A stretch of DNA of 60,059 bases from a virus (IMGVR_UViG_3300042465_001922:1-60059); one strand, 5' to 3'; positions 9,923 to 18,497 are shown, counted from the stretch's first letter. Notes: generated from the letters alone by a model not told the origin. Translations and numbers: made by a program.

Positions 9923-10101
9923 TTTACCAATACAAGCCACAACCGAACGACCCGCAAGCCCAGACTCTCCCCTACGGTCTGCGCTTGAAGGTCATCCCGG
10001 GAACCCGCGAGGGCTACCCGCAAAGCACCGTGCAGGTGAAGGATACCGCCGGGAATCCCCTCGGCCGGGTGCTGTTTTCCTCGTTGGAGGTGCTGAGATG
10101 A
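9919..10101 (+). CDS. Hypothetical protein
   Basis: 60 aa, ATGA overlap with the upstream stop. Confidence 0.6.
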   Translation: MIYQYKPQPNDPQAQTLPYGLRLKVIPGTREGYPQSTVQVKDTAGNPLGRVLFSSLEVLR

Positions 10102-10271
10102 AGAGCGGCGCGAAATATCAAATAGTCGAGCTTCCCGATGAGGTTTCGATAGTGGACACCGAGAGCAATCGGCCCGTGGTTTCTTACCCTTACGAGGACA
10201 CCGCCGAGCTGTTTCATCAAACTATGAACGCCACCCGCGAATGCTCACGACTTAACGGGGGCCAGCCATGA
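10098..10271 (+). CDS. Hypothetical protein
   Basis: MKSGAKYQIVELPDE..., GGAGG RBS, ATGA overlap; 3' part of track ORF 9753..10271. Confidence 0.65.
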   Translation: MKSGAKYQIVELPDEVSIVDTESNRPVVSYPYEDTAELFHQTMNATRECSRLNGGQP

Positions 10272-10405
10272 ACCGACGAGACCTTGAGGAAATGCGCCGC
10301 CGATTGGCAGAGAGACAAGCCGCAGAGGCCGCCGACCATCCGGCGATGCTGATCGTGAGCGCAGTCGCGTTCATTTTTTTAATCGTTGTCATGAGTGCAA
10401 TTTGA
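10268..10405 (+). CDS. Small membrane protein
   Basis: Manual ORF, 45 aa, C-terminal hydrophobic AMLIVSAVAFIFLIVVMSAI, ATGA overlap. Confidence 0.55.
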   Translation: MNRRDLEEMRRRLAERQAAEAADHPAMLIVSAVAFIFLIVVMSAI

Positions 10406-10416
10406 CGGAGAGAGAA

Positions 10417-10902
10417 ATGGAAATTTTAGAAATTACGGTTTATTCGTTTGATGAGCTGGAGGACAAGGCCAAAGAGAAAGCCCGGGAATGGTTGCGAAGA
10501 GACCTCGATTATCCGTGGTTCGATGAGGCCATCGGTTCGATTCGGGCCTTCGTTCGACACTTCGGGGCCGAGGTTACGGATTGGTCACTGGGGTCAGGAT
10601 CGGGCAGAGACTATATCAAAACTGATATAACCCCGGCGCATTTCCGAGGCGTAAAGCTCAAGGACATCCACCGCGACTATATGCCCACGGGCTACGCCTT
10701 AGACGCCGATTTGTGGGGCGAATTCTATCGGGTGTTCGAGAAAACCGGGGACGCGAAGTATGCCTTCGAGCAAGCCCTCGAAGAAGCCATCATCGGGATA
10801 CAGAGAGATATCGACTATCAGTATTCGGACGAGTGTGTAGATGAGACCCTGAGAATCAATGAGTATCGGTTCACCGAAACCGGAAAATTTTTTAACCGCT
10901 AG
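10417..10902 (+). CDS. Hypothetical phage protein (VYSFDEL..AKEKAREW type)
   Basis: 161 aa from ATG 10417 with GGAG RBS; its TAG stop lies inside the next CGCTAGGAG motif. Confidence 0.75.
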   Translation: MEILEITVYSFDELEDKAKEKAREWLRRDLDYPWFDEAIGSIRAFVRHFGAEVTDWSLGSGSGRDYIKTDITPAHFRGVKLKDIHRDYMPTGYALDADLWGEFYRVFEKTGDAKYAFEQALEEAIIGIQRDIDYQYSDECVDETLRINEYRFTETGKFFNR

Positions 10903-10911
10903 GAGGAAATT

Positions 10912-11265
10912 ATGGGATTGTGCGTATCTGTTTATAGATGGAGTTTGGGTGACTGCACCAATGGCGGGATTTCCGCCGGGGTCTCTGATCTGTGCGTGGT
11001 GAATGTTCCGGGGCCGTTTTCGCCATCCGAGGATTGTCCGGCTGCGGAGCTAGTGCCTGGACCCGTTAAAGGGCAGGCGATTATCAAGCCGATCGGAGAC
11101 CAACCCGGAATGATCGGGCCTATGTTCGGCGGTAATTACGCCAGCAGCAGCGATTCACGATTCAATGAGGCTGTTCGCAAGATAACGGGCCAGCTCACTT
11201 ACGGAGCTGTTGCAATTCACGATCGGTTTGAGACCCAGGAAGAGTATGACGCACTAAGCCGCTGA
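10912..11265 (+). CDS. Hypothetical phage protein
   Basis: 117 aa, DCTNGGIS...GPMFGGNY..SSDSRF...AIHDRFE; CGCTAGGAG RBS. Confidence 0.75.
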   Translation: MGLCVSVYRWSLGDCTNGGISAGVSDLCVVNVPGPFSPSEDCPAAELVPGPVKGQAIIKPIGDQPGMIGPMFGGNYASSSDSRFNEAVRKITGQLTYGAVAIHDRFETQEEYDALSR

Positions 11266-11332
11266 CCTTCTGCCCCTGGGAGACCGGGGGCAGCGGGGCG
11301 GGGGCTTCCCGTCTTATCGCTAGGAGGTTTTT

Positions 11333-11908
11333 ATGAGAAGAGAAGATCTAACCGGAAAACGGTTTGGCAAATTAACTGCGTTGGAATACTCGGGGTCTAC
11401 ACCGGATGGGAGATCCCTTTGGAAGTGTCTTTGCGATTGTGGAATGACCACGATTAAAAGGGCCGGAACCATGAAGCGCGGGGGGACCCAGTCTTGCGGG
11501 TGCATCGTTCGGAATATGCGAGGAGAGAATAATCCCAGAAACATAAAACGATTCCGGGAAAGAGGGGTTTATTTCCACTCAAAACGGGACGACTGGTATG
11601 TAAGGGCAAAGACCATCCTTGCCGGGGCTAAGAAAAACAATACTCCCTTTGGGTTCAAAGATGCGTTGGACTTTACCATCTATCTGAAAAGTATCGCTCC
11701 CGAAGTCTGCCCAGTATTTGGCGTTCCCATGACCACGGGCAAAAGAGTGCTTCACGATTGGAGTCCAAGCGTGGACAAAATCGACAAGAAAAAGGGATAT
11801 GTGCGAGGAAACATTCAGATTATTAGTTACCTTGCCAATGCCATGAAACGGGATGCTAGTCCCGAGCGGCTAAATCAATTCGCCCGATGGGTATTAGCAA
11901 ACAATTAA
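11333..11908 (+). CDS. HNH-like homing endonuclease
   Basis: N-terminal DLTGKRFGKLT...WKCLCDCG...SCGC domain; C-terminal CPVFG...SPSVDKID..KGYVRGNIQIIS..AN..K. Confidence 0.75.
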   Translation: MRREDLTGKRFGKLTALEYSGSTPDGRSLWKCLCDCGMTTIKRAGTMKRGGTQSCGCIVRNMRGENNPRNIKRFRERGVYFHSKRDDWYVRAKTILAGAKKNNTPFGFKDALDFTIYLKSIAPEVCPVFGVPMTTGKRVLHDWSPSVDKIDKKKGYVRGNIQIISYLANAMKRDASPERLNQFARWVLANN

Positions 11909-11918
11909 AAGGAAAACT

Positions 11919-12098
11919 ATGCGAGTAATTATTTCAGCTGAGGACATGATTACCGCCTTTGAGATCGTGAGGCTAACCCTTGAAAATAGGGATACCTATG
12001 ACTCGATAGCGAGACAGATGGATGTATCCGATGAGGAACTATCCCGGCTTTATAACCGGATCATGGGGTTCCTCGATGGTGATCTGAGGTCTGCCTGA
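11919..12098 (+). CDS. Hypothetical protein
   Basis: Manual 59-aa ORF MRVIISAEDM..., AAGGA RBS, TGATG coupling to the next gene. Confidence 0.6.
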   Translation: MRVIISAEDMITAFEIVRLTLENRDTYDSIARQMDVSDEELSRLYNRIMGFLDGDLRSA

Positions 12099-12388
12099 TG
12101 AATCTCAAAGACGGAAACGGGAAGGTGCCAGTGTATATGGGGGGAGACTCCCCCTATATCCTGGTGGACTTCCCAAGCAAAGAGGCATTCTTCCAGCTCT
12201 TCAAACGGACGCATCACCCCGGGAGTAAGGAGAAATTCTGGGAGGTTCTGACAAAGAGAGCGGCCGGGGCTACACTCTCCCAGGCAGGTGAGCCATACAT
12301 GACCAAGGAGGGAGTCCGGCGGATCGAAGCCCGGTTCCTCCGCTTGGTCAGAGAGGCTTACCAAGCAAAACTTTTTTCAGAGAGATAG
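12098..12388 (+). CDS. Sigma-70 region-4-like HTH protein
   Basis: EVLTKRAAGATLSQAGEPYMTKEGVRRIEARFLR resembles the region-4 T-L-x-E-I-G...T-R-E-R-V-R-Q-I-E pattern. Confidence 0.55.
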   Translation: MNLKDGNGKVPVYMGGDSPYILVDFPSKEAFFQLFKRTHHPGSKEKFWEVLTKRAAGATLSQAGEPYMTKEGVRRIEARFLRLVREAYQAKLFSER

Positions 12389-13190
12389 ACGCTTGGAACA
12401 GACCGTGCCTGAGATGGTAGTCGTTGAAGTCCTCCCCGATTGTTGGGGAGATCCAGTAAGGCTTGCCTGCGTTCCTCGCGGCCTTTTCGCCCACTCCATT
12501 GGGATCGTTGTCGGCGACAATGAAACACTCCGAAATGCCCCGCGCTACCTCCTCCAGGTTCGATGCCGAGAAACATACACGAATCGCATACGGGAGCTTT
12601 ATAGCGTTCATGGCGGCCTTGATGCTGAGCGCCGTGGCGTAACCCTCGCAGAGCAATGTGATCCCCTTTGCTCCCATGTTGTAGGTTGCCCCCTTAGTAA
12701 TCTGTCCGTAGAGGAACTTCTTAGTCCCCTCTTCATTGATGAGCTGCGCCCCTACAAGGTCCCGATTACGGCGCATGGGGATAACTAAGAGCCGCACGGG
12801 TTCTGACTTATTGGGATCGTGGATCGTCCAGATCTTGCTTGCCTCGTCCGGGAATCCCTTGCGATCCAGGTATGGGTGAGGTGCATTGAGGCATTCGTCT
12901 AAGATCTTCTGCGCCTTGACTGCCGCCCGGTCTGCATCCTTCTGCCTCTGCTGATCGACCTCCACCCTCTGCTTGCGTAGCTCCGGAGTGAAATGGAATT
13001 GTTTATCTGCCTTCCAGAGGGCGACCTTCTGCATCGTGGCCCAGTTCTGAACGAACCCGTGGTCTCCCATGAATTTATAGCGGCCGTTCTTTTTCCTCGG
13101 GTGATCCACCGTGGGAGTAGCGATCCACCGAAACGGAATAACACTGTCGATAATTAGCCCGTGATCCCGGGCGAAGTCCTCGAACCTCAT
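12348..13190 (-). CDS. Toprim-domain DNA primase
   Basis: HPYLDRKG, LLVIPM, LCEGYATALS, IVADND, GEDFND Toprim motifs; coupled to the helicase gene. Confidence 0.85.
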   Translation of the reverse strand: MRFEDFARDHGLIIDSVIPFRWIATPTVDHPRKKNGRYKFMGDHGFVQNWATMQKVALWKADKQFHFTPELRKQRVEVDQQRQKDADRAAVKAQKILDECLNAPHPYLDRKGFPDEASKIWTIHDPNKSEPVRLLVIPMRRNRDLVGAQLINEEGTKKFLYGQITKGATYNMGAKGITLLCEGYATALSIKAAMNAIKLPYAIRVCFSASNLEEVARGISECFIVADNDPNGVGEKAARNAGKPYWISPTIGEDFNDYHLRHGLFQASISLKKVLLGKPL

Positions 13191-14671
13191 GCTCTTACCC
13201 CCTTAATTCTTCTAGCCCAGGCGATGTTCCTGCTCTTAACCCAGTTAACCGTCTTCAATGTCGGCGGGATGCCGATCTCTGTCATGTTCTTCGGCCAGAC
13301 TCCGAACTTCTCCTTGAACTTGTTACTCGCCCAGCCCTTTTTGTAATTCTTTTCATTGGCGATATAGACCAGCTCGGAATAGAAAGTCTGCTTCTCATCT
13401 CTGAGATGTTTCGTGGTGCCGAATAGCTCGTGCATCTCCCCTGCCACCGAGTCAACATGATTGCGCTTGCGTCTGACATAGCCGCAGTTGGTACAGATGT
13501 CTGATCTGCTGGGCCACAGATGACCGCAGGCTGGACACTTGGATTCTTTCTTAACCTTCTCTGTCGGTTCCCGCTTTGCCCGCTCGCCCTCGTTGCTCAG
13601 CTCCTTGACTCCCGACTCGAAGATGTTGTCCCAGTCCTCACGGAACCGCAGGTAATTGCCTGAGTGATCCAGCCACAATGCAAAGTCTTTTCCCTCAAAG
13701 CTCCGCATGACCCGGCCCATCTGCTGAACATGAGATGAGATTGACTTTGAGAATGGCCTGGCTGATACGCCTATCTTTACATCGGGAACATCGAAGCCCC
13801 GGGTCAAGATGTCAGTAGCGATAAGCCCGTGGATCTGGGTGTCGGGCTTGGCGAAGTCCTCGATGGCCGCCTTCTTAAACTCATCATTATCCTTGTAGCT
13901 GATCGACACGAAGTTGTATCCCTTCCTGGCGAACTGCTCCACCAGGTCTGCGCCGTGTGCTACGCCGGCACAGAACACGATGGTCTTCTCCGGCTTACCG
14001 AATACCTCGTGGGTCTTTTTCTCCCACTCGTTAACGATGTCTCCGGTGATCTTCATGCCGCGCTCAGTGACCTCATCGGGCGACCATTCGCCGGCCACCT
14101 TCTTGGCACCCGACATGTCGATCTCTTTAGCGATGAATACTTTGAGCGGGGTTAGCCACCTCTCATCGACCAGCCACTTTGTTGTCGCGCCGTTCACCAC
14201 ATTGGTATAGATCTCTCCGAGTCCCTTGGTAAACGGGGTTGCAGTCAGTCCGATCACTCGGATGCCTGGGTTCTCTTTAATAAAGTCGGATGTCTGCTTG
14301 CGGGTGATGTGACACTCGTCCACGATCATCAGATCAATGTTCGGGAATCCCTTGCGCCGCTCCATCGTCTGAGCTGAGCAGACTTGCAGTCTCTCGGCCA
14401 GGTTCCACTTCCAATGATCGGCCTGGAAAACTCCGTGCGGGATAGCGTACTTGGTCAGTCGGTTGCTAGTCTGATCGACCAGCACCAGGCGATCCAGGAC
14501 AATCGCCGCTCTGTTGTACTTCTCGATGGTGGCCTTCATCAGATAGATCGCCACCTCTGTCTTGCCGAACCCTGTTGGCGCGTATAAGAGCTGCGCCCTG
14601 TGTCCCTTCCTGAATCCTTCTCTTAACTTCTCAATCACCTGCATCTGATGGTCTCTCAGATGTAATTCCAT
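13187..14671 (-). CDS. Superfamily 2 (DExH) helicase with zinc ribbon
   Basis: APTGFGKT, IVDECH, GLTATP, LTRGFDVPD, QQMGRVMR, CPACG...CTNCG. Confidence 0.92.
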   Translation of the reverse strand: MELHLRDHQMQVIEKLREGFRKGHRAQLLYAPTGFGKTEVAIYLMKATIEKYNRAAIVLDRLVLVDQTSNRLTKYAIPHGVFQADHWKWNLAERLQVCSAQTMERRKGFPNIDLMIVDECHITRKQTSDFIKENPGIRVIGLTATPFTKGLGEIYTNVVNGATTKWLVDERWLTPLKVFIAKEIDMSGAKKVAGEWSPDEVTERGMKITGDIVNEWEKKTHEVFGKPEKTIVFCAGVAHGADLVEQFARKGYNFVSISYKDNDEFKKAAIEDFAKPDTQIHGLIATDILTRGFDVPDVKIGVSARPFSKSISSHVQQMGRVMRSFEGKDFALWLDHSGNYLRFREDWDNIFESGVKELSNEGERAKREPTEKVKKESKCPACGHLWPSRSDICTNCGYVRRKRNHVDSVAGEMHELFGTTKHLRDEKQTFYSELVYIANEKNYKKGWASNKFKEKFGVWPKNMTEIGIPPTLKTVNWVKSRNIAWARRIKGVRA

Positions 14672-14673
14672 TC

Positions 14674-14865
14674 TTAGCCCCTTTGTTTGCGGTCTTCTCT
14701 TTCGATTGCATCACGCATCATATTTGCAGTGATGCCAAGCTCGTGTGCCATAAACTTTGCTACATCGTAATTCCGTTTATTGCACTCACGCCCGATATTC
14801 ATTATCAACATTTTGCAACGAATCAAAAACTCGGAATAATCCTGAGCCAGTTCAACCCGCTTCAT
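14674..14865 (-). CDS. Hypothetical protein
   Basis: 63 aa, ATGA overlap with the upstream gene. Confidence 0.6.
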   Translation of the reverse strand: MKRVELAQDYSEFLIRCKMLIMNIGRECNKRNYDVAKFMAHELGITANMMRDAIEREDRKQRG

Positions 14866-15731
14866 TCGACCCCCGCTTTCTTAAGTTTGTTTTGTAGTGT
14901 CTTAACTGTCCGCATAAGTTCGGAGTTCCTGTTCTGGAACATGTCCCGACTATCTCTGAGCGACTTGTTCTCCATCTCTAAGATCTTGATTTGATTGCGA
15001 AGATCGGTGACCGTGTCCTGGATGTCGATCTTCTCGATCTCACTGGCATCCCACTGGCCAATGGCGATCTTGTCCTTGAGCAGGATGTTCTCTTCGTGGA
15101 GCTGGGTGATGGTGTCCGTTAGCTCCGCGATCTTGTCATCGAAGTCTGAACTGGGTGCCTTGGGGCTTTCTTCCGCACTCTCAACCGCACTATCTGGAGT
15201 ACTCTTCTCCCGTTTTTTCTTGCTCTTCTCAGTGTTCATTTCGGTGGTGTTACCGTGACGATCCACATACTTGCTCTGGACTTTCTTGGCTACCTTGCCG
15301 GCCTCTTCCATAGCATGGCGCACCCTGCCCACGGTCATGCTGGAGACGCCAATATGCTTGGCGATCTGGACGTCCGACCACTTGCTCCATTCCTTGTCCA
15401 ATAGCATCAGGCCAATGATCTGCCGGATGTCTGCGCTGGTCAGCTTCAGGCCGCGCTTGCCGTTGGCCCCGTAGGCGTACAGCTTGGCTTCCCGTTGGGT
15501 TCCCTCGTGGACATCAAACTCTGCCTCCAGTTCGCCGTTGGCCTTGCGGGCAAAGTACCTGTGAAACCCGTCGGCCAGCCAGTAGTCAGACCCATCGTGG
15601 AAAACCACCATAGGGGGGAATTTGTCCCCCTCCTTGAGGCTGTCCGAGTACTCCATGACTACGTCTTGGTCTAGGCCAACACGGGCTTGTGTGCCTCCGT
15701 CTATGCGGATGGCAGATAGTTCCAGCTTCAT
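14862..15731 (-). CDS. ParB-like N-terminal domain protein with HTH and coiled coil
   Basis: FPPMVVF...YWLADGFHRYFA (ParB/Srx motif), WSDVQIAKHIGVSSMTVGRVR HTH; CGCTAGGAG RBS. Confidence 0.8.
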   Translation of the reverse strand: MKLELSAIRIDGGTQARVGLDQDVVMEYSDSLKEGDKFPPMVVFHDGSDYWLADGFHRYFARKANGELEAEFDVHEGTQREAKLYAYGANGKRGLKLTSADIRQIIGLMLLDKEWSKWSDVQIAKHIGVSSMTVGRVRHAMEEAGKVAKKVQSKYVDRHGNTTEMNTEKSKKKREKSTPDSAVESAEESPKAPSSDFDDKIAELTDTITQLHEENILLKDKIAIGQWDASEIEKIDIQDTVTDLRNQIKILEMENKSLRDSRDMFQNRNSELMRTVKTLQNKLKKAGVE

Positions 15732-15749
15732 CTTCTCTCCTAGCGTTTG

Positions 15750-15953
15750 TCAGTCTTTTAACTTATGTAGCTTCACACTTCCCTGCTGGACCACATCCGT
15801 GTATCCCTTCTCATGCAGGAACTTAAGTATAGTCGTGGCCCTGCTTTCACTGAGGATAAATCTCTTGGCTACGGCCTTAGATGTAACCGGCTTTTTTAGC
15901 CCCAGTAAATACTCCAAAACCCTATCCTCCAGCTCACTCAATATCCTTGGCAC
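15750..15953 (-). CDS. Small winged-helix protein
   Basis: 67 aa, VTSKAVAKRFILSESRATTILKFLHEKGY; AGGAGG RBS before a GTG start. Confidence 0.6.
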   Translation of the reverse strand: MPRILSELEDRVLEYLLGLKKPVTSKAVAKRFILSESRATTILKFLHEKGYTDVVQQGSVKLHKLKD

Positions 15954-15968
15954 CGCTCCTCCTGTCTC

Positions 15969-16003
15969 TCAACACATGAAACCCACCCTCTCTCATGTGT
16001 TGA
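15969..16003. promoter_or_regulatory. Inverted repeat TCAACACATG-N15-CATGTGTTGA (candidate operator, copy 1)
   Basis: Identical arms and identical 15-nt spacing recur at 26970-27004. Confidence 0.65.
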
Positions 16004-16234
16004 CATGGTGTTGACAATCTCCCCAAGGGGTGGAAGCCGAGGCTCTTACCCTGCCCGGAGGGCCACTCAAGGGGCCAACCCAGCAAACCCAGGGGGCAGC
16101 GATTCATTCACCAGGAGTCTTGTCCCACCACTTTCCTCCTGGCTACACCAGTCCCTCGCTGACAGGCTGGTACCTAAACGGGGGGTGTAACCGCTAGGTG
16201 TCTTTCTTGCGATTCAGCCGATTCAAGCCATCAA

Positions 16235-16465
16235 CTACCGTGTCGCGGACGCACCGGAAAACCACATCCGAATGAGATTCTTGGTCTTAGTGGCTGATCT
16301 TTGCTGGGACTCTGGGTTGGCTACCAGATAAGACTCCAGCTCCTTCAAACACCATTCCACCTCACATCCGGGGAATTTTTTAGCCAGGTCATGTTGCTCT
16401 TGGTTAGTCACGCAGTAGAACCGGCCATTCATTGGCAGGTATTTGCGGGAATAAACAATCGGCAT
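16235..16465 (-). CDS. Hypothetical replication-module protein
   Basis: 76 aa, GGAG RBS, first gene after the attenuator-like leader. Confidence 0.55.
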   Translation of the reverse strand: MPIVYSRKYLPMNGRFYCVTNQEQHDLAKKFPGCEVEWCLKELESYLVANPESQQRSATKTKNLIRMWFSGASATR

Positions 16466-16523
16466 GACTAGGCTCCGATGATTCAGCAGGAACCGCCCAC
16501 CTACGGGTCAGATCCAGGCCCAC

Positions 16524-16650
16524 AAAAGAAAACCCTTTAGTGGAGACTTGGGCTTGACAGGCCAGCATCGGGCGGACACCAACGATGACTACAAGCCCCC
16601 ACTAAAGGGTTCTGAACAACGTGTGTGTCCGCCAAACGCCGGGATGTCAA
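16524..16650 (-). promoter_or_regulatory. Attenuator-like leader (terminator/antiterminator pair)
   Basis: 13-bp perfect stem 16531-16543/16599-16611 with a U-rich tail on minus; competing ~26-nt helix 16554-16579/16625-16650; candidate promoter TTGCGG-18-TAGTCT (extended -10) at 16694-16665. Confidence 0.6.
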
Positions 16651-16806
16651 CTCCGACAAACGAGAGACTATCACAGTCCAGGAAAGTTCCGCAAGATATT
16701 TTTTACCTGGCCTAACTATGTACGCCTGGCGTTATTAGTGATAACCCTAATATACATTAGGTTATTTCTACTTAATTCGTACAAGTATTTTTGTTATAAC
16801 GAACAT

Positions 16807-17301
16807 ATGACTACCATTGCAGCCAAATTTTCTACCATGGAGATAGCCGCCGATAGTATGGTTAGCGGGGAGGATTCCTTCTACATGGTGTCAAAATTGC
16901 GGCATGGCAAAAATTCTATCTACGGCGCATGTGGTGACTGGGACAAAGTACTGAAGGCGTTCCAGCTGATTGAGACAGGCGGCAAAGAATGGGAGTCAGA
17001 CTTAGACGTAACCATCCTTGAGCTGAGGACAGACGGGATATGGATCTACGAATCCACGATCATTCCTGTCAGGCTGAAGAATGATTACTGGGCAGTGGGG
17101 ACGGGGGCAAACTTTGCAATAACCGCGATGAGGCTGGGTAACAGTCCAGCTACAGCGGTATCAATAGCGGCGGAGTTTGATCCTTTTACGCGCCATCCAA
17201 TCGAATCATACAAACTAGAGGTCAATGATGGTAAGAAGAGTACCCGAAGAGGAATTCATCCGGGTGTGGCAAAGGTTAGAAAGCCCAACGCTAGTAGCTA
17301 A
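16807..17301 (+). CDS. HslV/proteasome-beta-like Ntn-hydrolase
   Basis: M-T-T-I-A start (N-terminal Thr nucleophile), IAADS, K at about position 36, WAVGTGA.FA, FDPFT; start moved from 16621 to ATG 16807. Confidence 0.75.
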   Translation: MTTIAAKFSTMEIAADSMVSGEDSFYMVSKLRHGKNSIYGACGDWDKVLKAFQLIETGGKEWESDLDVTILELRTDGIWIYESTIIPVRLKNDYWAVGTGANFAITAMRLGNSPATAVSIAAEFDPFTRHPIESYKLEVNDGKKSTRRGIHPGVAKVRKPNASS

Positions 17302-18166
17302 AACTTTTGGAATGTCTGTCAGGGGAGCGCAGAAAAGACGAAAAGAATTAGAAGAAAAAGGAGTTGTGCTTAACACGCTAGACCCCAGAGCTAAGCTAGA
17401 TAAGTTTCCAAGAACCTTTGTACCAGAAGACCGTAGAGTAATTAAGCACGAAGTAAAGAACGGTCATATCTTTATAGCTTCAGACGCTCACTACTGGCCC
17501 AACGAGGAAACGGTAGCTCATAAGGCTTTTGTCAAGCTTATCAGTGAGATGAAGCCGCTAACCGTGTGCCTCAATGGTGACGTTTTCGATGGGGCCAGGA
17601 TCTCCAGGCACGAACCACTGATGGGGACAAACCCACCCACCGCTAAGCAAGAGATCGAGGCATGCGTTGACCGGCTGCATGAAATCAAAAACGCATCCAA
17701 GAACGCACGGACATTCTGGACGTTCGGTAACCATGATGTGCGGCTCCATAGGTATATCGCCATGAATGCCCCGGAGCTGACCGATGCTATGAATCTTTTT
17801 GATTACTTCCCAGGCTGGCTTACCTGCTGGCGACTTGATGTGAATGATGTGATCATCAAGCATCGCTGGCATAACGGCATCCACGCCAACTACAACAACA
17901 CTCTGAAGTCCGGCCGAAGCATTGTGACCGGGCATCTACACAAGCTCATGGCCACCCCTTGGGCGGACTATAACGGCCGGCGCTGGGGCATAGACTCCGG
18001 CACCTTGTCAGAACCGGAGAGCGAGAAATTTTCGTACACCGAAATGAATCCGGTACCGTGGGCAAGCGGCTTTGTGGTCCTCACGATACTAGATGGCAAG
18101 CTGATCACGCCAGAGTTTTGTGAGGTGCTTGACGGGGTTGCGTACTTCCGAGGCAAGCCGGTATGA
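17228..18166 (+). CDS. Calcineurin-like metallophosphoesterase with N-terminal HTH
   Basis: SDAH, LNGDVFD, GNHD, KH, TGHLH motifs. Confidence 0.88.
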   Translation: MVRRVPEEEFIRVWQRLESPTLVAKTFGMSVRGAQKRRKELEEKGVVLNTLDPRAKLDKFPRTFVPEDRRVIKHEVKNGHIFIASDAHYWPNEETVAHKAFVKLISEMKPLTVCLNGDVFDGARISRHEPLMGTNPPTAKQEIEACVDRLHEIKNASKNARTFWTFGNHDVRLHRYIAMNAPELTDAMNLFDYFPGWLTCWRLDVNDVIIKHRWHNGIHANYNNTLKSGRSIVTGHLHKLMATPWADYNGRRWGIDSGTLSEPESEKFSYTEMNPVPWASGFVVLTILDGKLITPEFCEVLDGVAYFRGKPV

Positions 18167-18306
18167 GTTCATGGCTCATCATTGCGGTGGGTCTGGTGTA
18201 TGCCTATATAGCGGTGGATAACTTTCTGAAGGGCAACATATCTATGGGGGTAGTGTTTGCCGGATACGCCTTTAGCAACTACGGGCTGTACAGATTATCA
18301 GTGTGA
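18163..18306 (+). CDS. Small two-helix membrane protein
   Basis: Manual 47-aa ORF MSSWLIIAVGLVYAYIAVDNFLKGNISMGVVFAGYAFSNYGLYRLSV, ATGA overlap. Confidence 0.65.
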   Translation: MSSWLIIAVGLVYAYIAVDNFLKGNISMGVVFAGYAFSNYGLYRLSV

Positions 18307-18390
18307 GGTGGGGCAGGGGTGTGTCAACAACCGAACCCCACGTTGCAGGAATCCTGTTATTCCCTGCCCCAAGAAAAGATAACACGGGAT

Positions 18391-18425
18391 AAAAAAACCC
18401 CCAGAGTTTTTGACCCTGGGGGTTT
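18391..18425 (-). terminator. Intrinsic terminator
   Basis: Minus strand CCCCCAGGG-TCAAAAA-CTCTGGGGG followed by T7. Confidence 0.85.
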
Positions 18426-18492
18426 CACCAAAGAGGTGTGTCCATACATCGGCCGCTAGGAGACTTTTGGACTGCCGGTGTGTATGCCGGCA
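18391..18492 (-). ncRNA. Candidate trans-acting antisense small RNA (anti-CGCTAGGAG)
   Basis: Own promoter, three hairpins plus terminator, no ORF; the middle loop carries UCUCCUAGCGG. Confidence 0.7.
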
Positions 18493-18497
18493 AAGGG

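Larger units (their letters stand above)
8716..11326 (+). repeat. Dispersed extended RBS motif CGCTAGGAG (6 copies here; more at 15737-15745 minus, 26928-26936 minus, 18454-18462 plus)
   Basis: Copies at 8716, 8964, 9209, 9717, 10897 and 11318, each 5-9 nt before a start codon; five are preceded by GC-rich hairpins. Confidence 0.85.
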
